64,000 nucleotides of DNA from Octopus sinensis (taxonomy: Eukaryota). The stretch's first letter is position 1, and the number at the start of each line of letters is the position of its first letter. Below are positions 12,113 through 24,889 of the stretch, piece after piece. The translations under genes were made by a program, and so were the position numbers. Below the pieces are notes generated by a model. The model ran no database searches and had not been told where the DNA came from. It was given only the letters and a program-made list of their open reading frames with translations. The stretch is taken from the NCBI RefSeq assembly GCF_006345805.1, contig NC_042999.1, positions 123,566,001 through 123,630,000 of the forward strand. Reading direction: 5' to 3'.

Positions 12113-13258
12113 TCATCATCATCATCATTTAGCGTCCGCTTTCCATGCTAGCATGGGTTGGACGGGTCAACTGGGGTCTGTGAAGCTGGAAGGCTTCGTC
12201 AGGCCCAGTCAGATCTGGCAGTGTTTCTACGGCTGGATGCCCTTCCTAACGCCAACCACTCCGCAAGTGTAGTGGGTGTTTTTTACGTGCCACCTGCACA
12301 GGTGCCAGACAGAGCTGGCGAACGGCCACGAACAGATGGTGCTTTTACGTGTCACCGGCACGGGGCCAGGCGATGCTGGCAACGGACACGAACGGATGGT
12401 GCTTTTACGTGCCACCGACACGGGGCCAGACAGAGCTGGCAAACGGCCACGAACGGACGGTGCTTTTATGTGTCACCGGCACGGGGCCAGGCGAGGCTGG
12501 CAACGAACACGAACGGATGGTGCTTTTACGTGCCACCGACACGGGGGCCAGGCAGAGCTGGCAAACGGCCACGAGCGAATGGTGCTTTTACGTATCACCG
12601 GCACGGGTGCCAGACGAGGCTGACAGCGGACACGAACAGATGGGTCACTTAACCCCTGCTTACTGATATATGATTTGATTTTGATTGTTCTCACTGGTCT
12701 TGCCAGGTCTTCTCACGCACAGCATACTTCCATAGGTCTCGGTCTCTGGTCATTTCCTTGGTGAGACCTAGAGTTCGAAGGTCGTGCTTCACCACCTCGA
12801 CCCAGGTTTTCCTGGGTCTACCTCTTCCACAGGTCCCCTCAACTGCCAGGGTGTGGCACTTTTTCACACACCTATCTTCATCCATTCTCACCACATGACC
12901 ATACCAGCGCAATCGTCTCTCTTGCACACAACATCTGATGCCTCTTAGGTCCAACTTTTCTCTCAAGGTACTTACACTCTGTCGACTATGAACACTGACA
13001 TTACACATCCAACGGAGCATACTAGCTTCATTTCTCGTGAGCTTACGCATGTCCTCAGCAGTCACGGCCCATGTTTCACTGCCATGTAGCATGGCTGTTC
13101 GTACACATGCATCATACAGTTTGCCTTTTACTCTGAGCGAGAGGCCTTTAGTCACCAACAGAGGTAAGAGCTCCCTAAACTTTGCCCAGGCTATTCTTAC
13201 TCTAGCCGTTACACTTTCAGCACACCCACCCCCACTACTGAAGCTATCAACTACTTCT
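12113..13258 (-). mobile_element. RTE-clade LINE, 5'-truncated: ORF2 C-terminus, 3' UTR minisatellite and (GAT)n tail
   Basis: ORF 12691-13158 reads ...LYDACVRTAMLHGSETW...RRLRWYGHVVRM...GRGRPRKTW, the typical RTE ORF2 end. Flanked by (TA)n on both sides. Confidence 0.95.
12280..12645. repeat. GC-rich ~61-bp minisatellite in the RTE 3' UTR, six units alternating two subtypes
   Basis: Units delimited by GGATGGTGCTTTTACGTG; GCCACCGACAC-type and GTCACCGGCAC-type units alternate. Confidence 0.9.
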
Positions 13259-15753
13259 ATATATATGTGTGTGTGTGTGTGTGTGTATGTGTGTGTGTGT
13301 GGTGTGTGTGTGTATGTGTGTGTGTGTGTGTGTGTGTGTTATTCTCTATCAGAGAGCCAGTAATGACATTTACTTAACATTTAATCTTAGCTTCAACCAT
13401 CAATTGATTCTGAAGGTTTTAACATTTAAATTTTGAATATTTTTCACTACTTGATTTGTCTCAACTAATTTTTCTGACTCTCATGCAGTTATAGAAATAC
13501 TATTACCATTAACCAACACTTCTTCAATTGACCATCTTGTCATTAAGTGCTGGTATATCAAAGCAAATTCTATTGGTAATTTTTCTGGCTCTTGGAACGT
13601 ATAAAATATGAAATGTTGTTGACATTGTCAAATATTATGAGCAGAGTTAAACAGATAGAATTTCGAACATTTTTAACTTGGTATTATAACCAATATTGTT
13701 AACTTGGATCAAACCTCATATACTGTCTTTTTGCTTCTAAGAATTTAAATTCTTTGTTTTCTCCCTTTTATAGCTAGTAGACTGCTGACTGGTTGCTGTT
13801 CTTTTCATTAACCATATCCTATCTGTGATCCAATGACTACCTAATGGATTCACCTTCCTATCCTTGTAATATTTTATCCATCAAAATGTTTTTTAACTTC
13901 CTGATTAACTGACTTCAGTACTTTTATTTACTTGCTTCATTTCATTAGTTAAATTGTTTATTTATAATGGAAAACAAGAAATATATTGCCTCTCCTTTTG
14001 AGGAACACTTAAATATCTTTCCATGCTTCTACATGTTAGAAGGAACTATTTGAAATTACAATATCCTCAATATAATACTACCATAAAAAATTACTATATA
14101 CAATAAAAATAATTTTTGACAGAGCCTCTCCAATGTCCGTGCGCATAAAATGTTAAAATAACTTTTATATCTAAGCTGGTGCACTTTCCTTCAATTAGCC
14201 CAACTGTATACAAAGGAAGAACATCTGCTACCGACAAACAAGCCATGTTTAATAAAAGGATAATGCAACTGGCAGTTTGTTCAAGAAAATAACTATGAGA
14301 ATAGAATGTGTTAGATGTATTCATAATCATAGAGTATCTTCACTGAAGAAATTGTTGTTTGGTATGGAAACATACATTTAAATTCTTGCCTCAATAAAGC
14401 ATTTAAAAGGCCATAAAATATGTAGCATAAAGGAATATCTGTACAACTCCAAACATTAATCTAATCATCAACAGTATTGTTGACACAACTTACAGTTTAT
14501 TTGTCTTATCCATTTTATGTATCCTGTACACAGTTTACTTATGCAAATGTGTATTTATAATTTCTACTATTTTTTTATAATCCAAACATATGCCAATATC
14601 AATAGCATTTATTCATCATTTCCATTGATAAACTTGTAAGTAAAACCTCTGAACCAATTATTGCTCTTTTCGACTAGCATCTGTACATACATTAACCTGA
14701 GTACATACTAATTCCAGATTTTAGAACCTTACTGCTCATAGGAGATGGGTGGAGAAAACAAAAAAAATATCAGCAAACATTCTTAGCCTGACTATAATTG
14801 CTTTGATGTCGTATATGCGATTATATTGCTGTTAGTCTCTGTTCTCATATCTGTTCAGCTTCCAACACTTTCTGATACTATCCTTTCAAAAGAATGTGTT
14901 TACAGTTATCTGAAATCAAAATTGCAAAGATAGCTGTCGGGATGGAAGCAAAACACTTTTGAAATTTTTTGGTACAGTATAGTTTGTATCAAATTAGTTA
15001 GGACTACGTTTCCATCAGAACAAATTTATATTTTGTTTTCTTAGAAAAGAAGAGAGAAATTTGTTGTTCTGTGAAATTCTTATAAGATCTGCTAATGAAA
15101 TTATTCTAAACAATAGATGTTAATATGTTTAAAGTATTTGCCTATTTGTTTGTGTTGCAAGAACATGTGCTTGTTCTTAGAATACTTGAATATTTTGTTT
15201 GATCTAGTGATAGCAATAATACACCATTGGTAAAATTGTTTCCTTTCTTCACTTTCACTAATCTTTGTGGTTTTTCTGACATACAGAGTAGTAACATTTG
15301 AATCTAATTTTCAGAAACATAGTAAAACAAGGTGTATATCTAGGTAAGATTAGATAATAACTGTTAACACACTTTCCATAGGAAAAAAAATGCAAGAAAA
15401 TGTTAATGTGTTCTTCTGGTTGAAAGATAAAACATGAACTACAATAAAGATGGCTACTTCTTCCAATAATTTCATATATTATCTATATTAAATGTAAGAA
15501 GAATGTATGATTATTTACACATCATTGTGTAAATATATTAAGTAATTAATGTATCAGGAGTAATAAAAATAAGCATTAACTTATTAAATATTTTATTTCT
15601 TTAAATGATGATGAAAATGTCCAATTAATTAGCTTCTGTGTTTTGTTAATTTACATAAAATAGATTGGTCATTTAGGAGAGGATGCAAAACCTAAAAGCC
15701 AGGATAATTTATAACATAGCCAAATATTAATAATTTGTTCAAAACTGTTTTGG

Positions 15754-15787
<34 letters not shown>

Positions 15788-16137
15788 CACACACACACAC
15801 ACACGTGCACTCATTTCCACTCACTCATACATAAATTATGACAGTAATATTTTATATATTACTTGTGCATTTCTCTAATCTAGTGCATACTTAAATGGAA
15901 TTGATTTTTAAAAATAGTGTTATTGTAAATTATTTAAATTCTTTTTCTAAAGATTTTATTAATATATTTTTTGATGTAGCAATTCAAAATTTTCTGGGCA
16001 AAAATAAAGTTTTAGTTATATAAATTCTATAATTCAGAAAGTATTATAGTATAATTGTAGTTCCAGTTTACCATATTATAATCCTGTTTCCATGTAAACA
16101 TGCATAGAGTGGCTTTTGTAAGACAATGCAATAGGAT

Positions 16138-16410
16138 ATGTGGCCAATTGATAAGAAATCTGATTTTAGATACATCACATGTACTAAAGGATTAGTATCA
16201 CATGAAAACCTCCAAATGCTTGATAAGATTTCTAGGAACAAGTTGTTTCTGTTACCTAAATTGACTAACGATGGGATTGTAATGGGGAAAAAATACAGTA
16301 AGATAAGCAAGGAAGAACTTCAGGGAGTTTTGAAGTTCATCTTATTTTTAACAAATGATATTAAGGCCAGCAAGTTCATATATGTCTTATATCTGGGCTG
16401 ATGCACTTTT
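16138..16410 (+). pseudogene. Highly degenerate LINE reverse transcriptase remnant (CR1/L2-like)
   Basis: LVSHENL...KLTN...GKKYS...QGVLKFILFLTNDI...SKF...LY loosely follows the order LVSHxxL / FLTNR / GxxS / QGSVLGPILFLIFIND / LYADD. Canonical motifs are not intact. Confidence 0.35.
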
Positions 16411-16947
16411 ACCACACACATACAAGAATACATTCTCATCTTCATCAAAGAGCAAGCCACCCACTTGATAAGTAATACTTTTATCCTTTTTAAGTATTCA
16501 GGCCTCCATTGTATTATACTTCCACCTAACTATCTTTTCCTCAGTCTTTGATCTTCTCTTATACCACAACTGCAAAAATCTATTTGATATTTTTATTTCT
16601 CTTCTTTGCATTAATCTTACAATAACTCCTTTCCAGTCATACTTTCCTACATGTACAGTTCTCCATATTTTTTAGTAAGTACCTATCTGCAACTCATTCA
16701 ATTCAATATTGATATTAACCATGTCTAAACCAGACAATTTGTCCTTTGTCAAAGTAGAGGTCAAAGCAGCTGTGAATTTTAACCCTCCTTCCTTGATTGA
16801 AAAATTACAAAGTAGAGACAGTGGTTATAGCAATATCAATTCTGCAACCAGTATTATAGCATATAAAATTTACAACAATTCTTATGTACAAAAAAAATGG
16901 CAAACTGCAGAAAAAAATATGCATAAATTCTGTAAAACAACAGAAAA

Positions 16948-16963
16948 TAATAATAATATTTAT

Positions 16964-17016
<53 letters not shown>

Positions 17017-17592
17017 TAATAATAATAATAATAAACATATCCTGATGCAGTACCAGGCAGTGGTTCTCATGGCTTTTGATCTTTACTGATTGAAAGTGTT
17101 ATCATGTACATTGTTTTATCTTAGTACAAAAGATGGGCTACAGCAAATATTCTGCTCAATACCACAAATTTGCTTGTCACTTGTTTGACCTTAACCAGTT
17201 GAGCATGTCCCTTAGTGGCTGACAATATGTGCATCTCTGATCATGAGCAGAAGCCATTGGGGAGCATCATAATCATGTGTTGAGAGGGATTCTTTGGGGT
17301 TTGAATATTTCACCTCTGGAAACATGTATGTTTCATTCATTATCCTTAAACAAACCTTATTCAGGGACCTTTTGAGCTGGATGGGCTACTCAATATGAAG
17401 AAAATTCTAACTGGCCCCTCCTGCAAGGTCATACACTGTTTATCTTGGTTTGAGATCACCATGTTGTGCACAAATCGGTGTGATGCATGTGCCTGGTATA
17501 CCTTTATCAGATGGGTAGTCATGATGCATATATTGGCCTTCGTATATTTGTACCCCAGTGTCACTCTGATGGCATGCATTGCTCTCTCACTC
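16948..17592 (-). mobile_element. Unclassified retroposon with (TTA)n 3' tail, copy 1 of a tandem pair
   Basis: ~560 bp body similar throughout to 17615-18143, ending in an (AAT)n tract on the + strand. Confidence 0.75.
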
Positions 17593-18143
17593 AATAATAA
17601 TAATAATAATAATAAATACCCTGATGCAGTACCAGGCAGTGACTCAAGTGGTTTCTCATCTTAACTGATTAGAAGCATTATCATGGATATTGTTTTGTCT
17701 TCGTATAAAAGATGGGCTGCAGCAAATATTCTGCTCAGTACCACAAATTTGCTTGTCAGTTGTTTGACCATAATCAGTTGAGCATATCCCTTAATGATAT
17801 ATGCATCTCTGATCATGAGCAGGAGTAGTGAGGAAGCATCATAACTGTGTATTGAAAGGAATTCTTTGGGGTTTGAATAATTCAACTTTGGAAACATAGG
17901 TGTTCATTATCCTTAAACAAACTTTATTCAGGGACCTTTTGTGTTGGATGGGCTACTCAACCTGAATAAAATTCTAACTGGGCCCCACCTGCAAGGTCAT
18001 GTGCTGTTTATCTTGATATAAGATCACCATGACATGCACATATGGTCATGATGCATGTGCCAGGTGTTCCCTTATCAGATGGATGGTCATGATGTATATA
18101 TTGGGCTTCTTATATTTTACCCCAGTGTCACTTTGATGGCATG
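17593..18143 (-). mobile_element. Unclassified retroposon with (TTA)n 3' tail, copy 2 of the tandem pair
   Basis: Colinear diverged copy (CCTGATGCAGTACCAGGCAGTG ... CCCCAGTGTCACT.TGATGGCATG). Confidence 0.75.
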
Positions 18144-18144
18144 A

Positions 18145-18880
18145 AAAGTGGAAAGGCAAAGTTGACTTTGGCAGAGTTTGAACCCAGAATGTAAAGATCT
18201 TTATGAAATGCTGCTATGCATTTTGCCTGACAAACTAAAACTTTTGCCAGCTTGCCACCTTAATAATGATTTCAAATTCGGGCACAAGGCCAGCAATTTT
18301 CGGGTAGGGCTAAGTCAATTACATTAACCCTAATATTCTACTGGTACTTTATCAATCCCAAAAGATAAAACGCAAAGTTGACCTCAGTGGAATTTGAACC
18401 CAGAATGTAAAGACAGATGAAATATCTATTTCTTTACTACCCACAAGGGGCTAAACACAGAGAGAACAAATGGATTAAGTCGATTAAATTGACCCCAGTG
18501 CATAACTGGTACTTAATTTATCGACCCCGAAAGGATGAAAGGCAAAGTTGACCTCGGTGGAATTTGAACCCAGAACGTAACAGCAGACGAAATACGGCTA
18601 CGCATTTCGCCTGGTGTGCTAACGTTTCTGCCAGCTCACTGCCTGATGAAATACCACTAAGCATTTTGCCTGGTAAGTTAACAATTCTGGCAGCTGGCCA
18701 CATTAGTAATAAGAATAATTTCTAATTAAGGGGTAAGGTCAGCAATTTTGAGAGGACTAGATTAGTCAATGCTATCAACCCCAGTACCTTAGAACTTGGC
18801 TATTACTTTATTTTATCAATCCTGAAAAGATGAAAGCTAAAGTTAATCCCAGCAAGGTTAGAACTCAGGACTTGCCCAAT
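18145..18880 (-). mobile_element. Cluster of nested SINE family B copies
   Basis: Repeated family-B motifs at ~18150, 18340, 18500 (young copy 18420-18700) and 18800. Confidence 0.8.
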
Positions 18881-19184
18881 AATTCTTGTGGAACCCAGTA
18901 AGCATGTTTTCTTCCCCTACTTTGAGGTTAAGATCAATTTTCCTAAGGTTTGCTTCCAAATTTTTTTGCCACCGTTCCTAATTCAGCAGTACTTCACTGT
19001 ACCAGATTTTGAGGACTCCATAATTCTGATCAGTACAATACCCTACATTTTATTTTACCATTCTTTTAATCCTGGTATCAAACAAACATGCCATAACAAT
19101 TACAATACAAAGTTCTTTTTTATCTGGCCTGTTATGTTCTAGTTTTTTTTTTTTTTGGTTTCCTTTATCTTTTACTTGTTTCAG

Positions 19185-19525
19185 CCATTAGAATGGGACC
19201 ATGCTGGTGCACCGCCTTGAAGAATTTTTAGTCAAAGGAATCAACCTCAGTACCTCTTTTTTTAAGCCTGATACTAATTCTATTGATTTCTTTGCCAATC
19301 TGCTAAGTTATAGGGACAATAACACACCGACATTGGTTGTCAAGCAGTGTCAGAGGACAGAAACACATACACACACATATCTGATGGGCTTCATTCAGTT
19401 TCCATCTGCCAAATCCACTCACAAGGCTTTGCTGTCCTGAGGCTATAGTAGAAGGCACTGAACCCAGAACCATGGGGTCAGGAAGCAAGCTTCTTACTAC
19501 ATACTACACGGCTATGCCCATGCCT
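19185..19525 (-). mobile_element. SINE family A
   Basis: Reverse complement of the 10860-11235 family. Confidence 0.75.
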
Positions 19526-19529
19526 ATGG

Positions 19530-19950
19530 TTTGTAAGTCCCACAACAATCTCATTTTATTATTTTCAAAAAATTCCTGTTCCCACAAGGTTATAGCTCTA
19601 TTTTTGAAAACAATAGCAAATTCTTGCAAACCTTTGCGGTTGTCTTATCATAGTTACAGTTTTTGCATTCATTTTGAGCTTACAGCAGATTTTCTAAAAG
19701 AATGTGAGCTACAACTTTATTTAAATTGTTGCACAATCTACATTTGGATGAAAAGTTCTTCTGATTTATCGTCCTTGCAATCTAATTTACTCTTAGAACC
19801 TGTTCTTTTGCTTTGAAAATCATTCCCTCAGCCTCTCGTCAATACTCTATACTTTAACCATGGCAGTTGTCCTTGACATCCTTTATTTCTTTTGTCTGTT
19901 TCCTTTCAAAATTTGATTTCATACTTTCTACATTTTCTTGCCTTCTCTTT
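19530..19950 (-). pseudogene. R4/Dong-like (RLE-type) non-LTR retrotransposon C-terminal remnant
   Basis: Minus-strand translation REAEGMIFKAKEQVLRVN*IARTINQKNFSSKCRLCNNLNKVVAHIL resembles the ETEGxIxAAQEQALRTN...SKCRLC...ETVxHI zinc-knuckle region. Internal stops present. Confidence 0.6.
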
Positions 19951-20539
19951 TTAGGTACTACAAATTCTATATATAACCCCTGTTTATTACTTCTTTAAGG
20001 TGGTGGTGGTGGTGGTGGTGGTGATGATGATGATGTGAAGCAGCTGAAATAGTTGAGTATTGTTCTTCATGCCGAAGACTTCAATCATTTACATTGAATT
20101 TAAATCCTGTTAAGATTGAATTTTACTTTCATCGTTTGAATCTACCTACAATATACTAAGGTTAATTCCATCAGCTTTATGCTATTCATACAAACTTACC
20201 ATTATATGCTAATCTAATATATCGACATAAGAGATTTAAGTCGTTGGACTATTGATCACATGTATCTTGTCAAGGTACATAATACTCTTTCAATGTATAT
20301 GATTGATAACAGGTCTTGGTTCTATTTTAGTGTTGAATTGCCAACAGTAAGAAAAACATTCACTTATAAAAGAAACTGCTCAGATTAAAATCCTTCCTTA
20401 AAAAGAATGGAAAAAATAAAACATTAATGAAAAAGAAACACCAAAATAATTTCAAGATCAAGAAACTCTAATATTTACATTTCTCTATCCTTACTTATTT
20501 AAAGTCATATAACTACTTAGGATATGTAGTTATATGTAG

Positions 20540-20720
20540 TGTCGCTTCAGTGGCACCCGTATCAGGGGAATGTAAAGAGCATCCACTACACTCTTGGAGT
20601 GGTTGGTATTAGGAAGGGTATCCAACCATAGAAACCATGCCAAATCAGATTGGAAACTATTGTAGCTCCCTGGCTTACCAGCCTTCAGTCAAATCTGACA
20701 TTAAATGATGATGATGATGT
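20540..20720 (+). mobile_element. Degenerate RTE 3' tail
   Basis: CCACTACACTCTTGGAGTGGTTGGTATTAGGAAGGG... ending TTAAATGATGATGAT. Confidence 0.75.
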
Positions 20721-21016
20721 TGATATCAATATTAGTTCAATGACAATATTTTGTTTTGACCCAAGTATGAGTATAAATCGATCCCATTATAAAGCTTCAG
20801 CATGGTAAATATGATAACTCATTGCTACAACTACTTCCAGGGCACATTAGGATATGGTGAACCATCTGTACCTCTAAATCAGGGTTTCATAAGACTCTAA
20901 TAGGAGACAAGACTTACTTCCTAATGTTTGCTGGAAGAAGGCCACAATGAGTATTCTAAAATTCAAATAAATATTTTCTCTTGCGGTAAACAAAATGGTA
21001 TTTCTTCTCTCTAGAA

Positions 21017-21530
21017 TAGGGGTGGGGAAACCCCGTCTGTGGGTACAATTGCACCCACAAGCCCATTTTATTTTTCCTACAGGCTGATATACTCGTACGT
21101 AGTAAATTTTTCAATTATAGAATTTATACAATATTTGTATGCCACATATGTCATGTTTCCACTACAACTTAAAATGGTTAGACTCGAACAGAAATTCATC
21201 CGGTAATTGCCATTTGGATGGAAATTTTGCTTTCTCTATAAAACACATATTGCAAGGTTTGTACCAGCCCCTTGAGACTCAACTACGCTCTAGCTGAAAA
21301 ATATAGAAACCTCATACGTAATATAAATGTCCTAAATTCAGTGGTGGCATTAATGAAGATGTTATGCATTAATTTAATGTGTTAAACTTATCTTTATTAA
21401 TGTATATCAAATTATACATAGATATATACAAGATCTACACAGATATAAGACTTAAGAACTTGTGATCCACCTGTGAACCTTTTACTTTGTAAATTTTTTC
21501 CTGCCACACTAAAACGTTTCCCCACCCCTG
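21017..21530. mobile_element. hAT (Charlie-like) MITE, 514 bp
   Basis: TIR TAGGGGTGGGGAAAC / GTTTCCCCACCCCTG; perfect 8-bp TSD CTCTAGAA at 21009-21016 and 21531-21538. Confidence 0.9.
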
Positions 21531-21810
21531 CTCTAGAACAATCAATGCATTCTTCTTGGTGAAGTGATGGTAAAATAAGTGATGTGAGGTGACTGTGGCT
21601 TACAATTTTCAAAACGAAATGTCTTAAGATTTAATAGAAGTAACACCTCAACATGAGAATCATTTGAAATACTATTTATTACTTTAACTAAGCCTTATCT
21701 TGTATTTTGGTTTTGGCATTTCAATGTTTTCCCAGCAATGTAATAAACTAGTGAAGCACTTTTATCACAGTGCAATATGTATAACATCAAGACAAGCTAA
21801 ACATTTAGAC

Positions 21811-22091
21811 TAGTAACTCCCAAATTGTGTGCCATGAGCTGTTTCTAGTTGTGCCTCTAAAATAACAAAATTATTTTTAAAGAATGTGAAAAATACAAAT
21901 AAATTAAAATTCTAAATTTAAAGCTTCGTATTGTATAATGATATAAGTACTTCGTAATTTTCTGTAGTTAAATTATATATATTTACTGGCTAATTATATA
22001 TAAATAAATACCTTTTTCTAATACATAAGGGATTGAATATTTACATTAGCTCTGAAATACACTGTGAGTAAAAATGGTTTGAGAACTGTTT
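21811..22091. mobile_element. Degenerate hAT-like MITE
   Basis: Ends TAGTAACTCCCAAATTGTGTGCC and GGTTTGAGAACTGTTTG resemble CAGTGGTTC(C/T)CAAA termini. No clear TSD. Confidence 0.4.
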
Positions 22092-23405
22092 GATGTCATC
22101 ATTTCCTTAGAATTATCATTTCTTTGATTTAGACATTACCATTTATTGTCTTCTTTACCATAACTGGTAAAATAAAGGATTTCCTGATCTTTTATCCTAA
22201 CAGAATGCATGCAATTAAGCATTTTATTAACTTTTAATAGTGAACTTTCAGTTGGCTTCTAACATAAATAGGAATTTAAATTATAAATTAACGTCTGTAG
22301 AGAGGAAAAAATAAAAAGAATCTATGGAAAAACTAACAGCATAAAAATTCTACAATTCTTTTTAACATTTTTCTTTGTATTTTGGATCCCAAATTCATTA
22401 TTTTGGTTTCAATGTACATTAGCAAAAGTTTAGAAAAAAAAAAGAGAAAAAATTTATGCTGGATTGATCAAGAATTTAGTAGGGATTTATTTGAAGTGCT
22501 ATGGGTGGAGTCACAATCAAAATATGCTTCAAAGCTGAAAGCTTGCTAATGGTTAGAGTGTAATATGTTTCCTCTAAAGTATTCATAAATTAGCAGAAAA
22601 TTGTAGGTTTGCATTCTAACAAAGGTAATGAAGAGAGATTATTTTCAGATAATCATGAAATTATTTAAAGGCCTTTCTTACCCAATGTTTTTTTTTAGCA
22701 ATTATCATCTTTTATTGCTCATTTTCTAATTACTACCGCTTCATCCATATAAAGGCTTTCTTGTGTTAAGGAGAATGAAAAAATATATATTGGTATTTTG
22801 ATCATTGTCAGTTACAGAATTTCACCTTACTCACATCATTGACAAGCTGGTATATTCTAAAAAGCTCATATAAATTAATACCATTTCAGCCCCATGTTGT
22901 ACAAATATGATAATGAATAAATGATTTTATTCATCATTATATTCTTTTTCTTATCCAATACTAATATTTACAATTAAACTGATCTCATATTATCTTTGTC
23001 TCTAACATCTCAATTCATTAGTTTTTAATACTACTACTAAGGATAAAAATAATAATATCAACATCCTTTAAATTTAGCATTCTCTTATTATTATTTAACT
23101 AATTCAATGCTCATTGGGGAAAAGGAGTCTTTTCAATTGCTATTTTCAGAAACACTGTCAATTCAAGGGTTATGAACAAATTCTAGATATCTTTAGTCCT
23201 CGTACCATCAAAAGGCACCAAGAGTTTAAGCTGGACAGGTATGACAATAATGGATGTGTCTGAGATGTAAAATTAGCAAAATAGTTGTAAAGTATTCATA
23301 TAAGACTTTACGTTGAATAACTACAACTAAATGTTAGTTTAATCTAGTTAGGTGTCAAGTAAGTCTGTTCCACTAATTATTACTCTACAGTTCTTCTAAC
23401 CTTAC

Positions 23406-23811
23406 AAGGATGAACAGTTCTATATTTAAGAGATGAGGAATTATGTACATTATTTACATTTGACAGATATTTATCCTCATCTTGTTTGTTGTTAACATAA
23501 TGTTTCAACTGATACACCCTCCAGTCTTCATCAGGTCTCTTGGGGAAATTTCAAACCTGGGTTCTTATTCCTAGGGTATTTTTCAATGTTATTCAATTCC
23601 AGGCAGTGAATAATAATATAATAATAATAATAATATAATAATAATAATAATAATAACAACAACAACATCGAAAAATACCTTAGGAATGAGAACCCAGGTT
23701 CGAAATTTCCCAAGACACCTGATGAAAGTTGGAGGGTATATCAGCCGAAATGTGTTAACAACAAACAAGATGAGGATAAATATCTGTCAAATGTAAATAA
23801 GGATGAACAGT
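23406..23811. mobile_element. Head-to-head inverted dimer of the hammerhead-bearing short retroelement, with 13-bp TSD
   Basis: Left arm (-) ~23414-23590, right arm (+) ~23592-23800, (AAT)n centre. AAGGATGAACAGT at 23406-23418 and 23799-23811. Decayed hammerheads at 23495-23538 (-) and 23715-23755 (+). Confidence 0.85.
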
Positions 23812-24444
23812 ATTAATAAAGGCCAGTTTACTCTTTGTTTGCTAGTGACAACATTCAATATAAAATTTTCATCTACTTTTCCACAAAGAAGGAAGATTAT
23901 GAAAAAAGCCTTCCCTTTTAGCATACTTGACACTTCAATTTCAAAGTAAGACAAAAGAAAATATACAATAAAACTAAAGCTTAACTCCTGATTTATCAGC
24001 ATATTTTATGGAAAATTATAGAGTTTCATAATGCAGGTCTGCCTTAGTACTAATAGTTATCCTCCTCATCCTCCTCCCCATCATCATCATCATCGTCAAC
24101 AACAGCAACATCATTTTGTAATGATCACTTTAATGTCACATTGCTATTGACATGTCCTATTTCCCTTTGTGCATAAAAAAATTTACTTTCATCTCAATGT
24201 GATCAAATTTATTGGTTTCAATGTCATTAATAACATTTGTTGCCATGAATGGAAGAATTAGAAGTGTTCTAAAAGAGAGTGTCATCTGAACAGACCACTT
24301 GATATCAGTTTTATAATGTTACAGCTATAAAACCAAGTTCAACAATTATTTCCAGAAATAAAGAACATGTTTTTTTTCATTCACTAGATTCACTCTTATT
24401 TGATCATCACCACTATCATCATCATCAACATCAACATCATCGTC

Positions 24445-24612
24445 ATCATCATCATTTAATGTCCATCTTTCATCGCTGGCTTGGGTTGAGCAGTGTGACA
24501 GGATCTGATAAACTGCAGGACAGCACTGAGGTTCGAAGATCTGCTTCAGCATGGTTGATACAGTTGGATGCCCTTCCTAACATCAACCACTTTATAGTGT
24601 GTACTGGGTGTA
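24445..24612 (-). mobile_element. Degenerate RTE 3' tail
   Basis: (CAT)n-TTAATGTCC...GGATGCCCTTCCTAACATCAACCAC. Confidence 0.75.
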
Positions 24613-24687
24613 CCAAGTACAATGGTTTACTTTTAGAAAAATACTTTTCTGTTACAAGTAAAAATGCTAGTTCTAAAATCTCTTTAA

Positions 24688-24889
24688 CACTTTTGTTACT
24701 GTATTTCTGCTGAGATGCTCTGTGTTTCTTTCAATTATTTTAAATATAACAAAGAATTTAGTAACAGCAAGTGTTAGGAACATAAATTGTGACTAAGGTT
24801 TGGTGGAAGATTTTAATTCAAAACTTATGAAAACAAGACATTTGTACTCAGAGCCAGAGCCGGTTTCAGCCGGGTTGGTAACGAAAGGG
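24688..24889. mobile_element. piggyBac-type MITE (TTAA TSD)
   Basis: TTAA|CACTTTTGTTACT ... GGTAACGAAAGGG|TTAA, a 13-bp imperfect TIR. Confidence 0.75.

Noticed and set aside
12158-12666. Overlapping Arg/Cys-rich ORFs here and at 55918-56402 and 61390-61999 (up to 197 aa)
   Set aside because: They are stop-poor frames of the GC-rich RTE 3' UTR minisatellite, open on both strands.
17305-17370. Hammerhead-like CTGAATA...GAAAC-ATACAT-GTT on the minus strand of the tandem retroposon
   Set aside because: The core lacks G8, and neither stem I nor stem II pairs.
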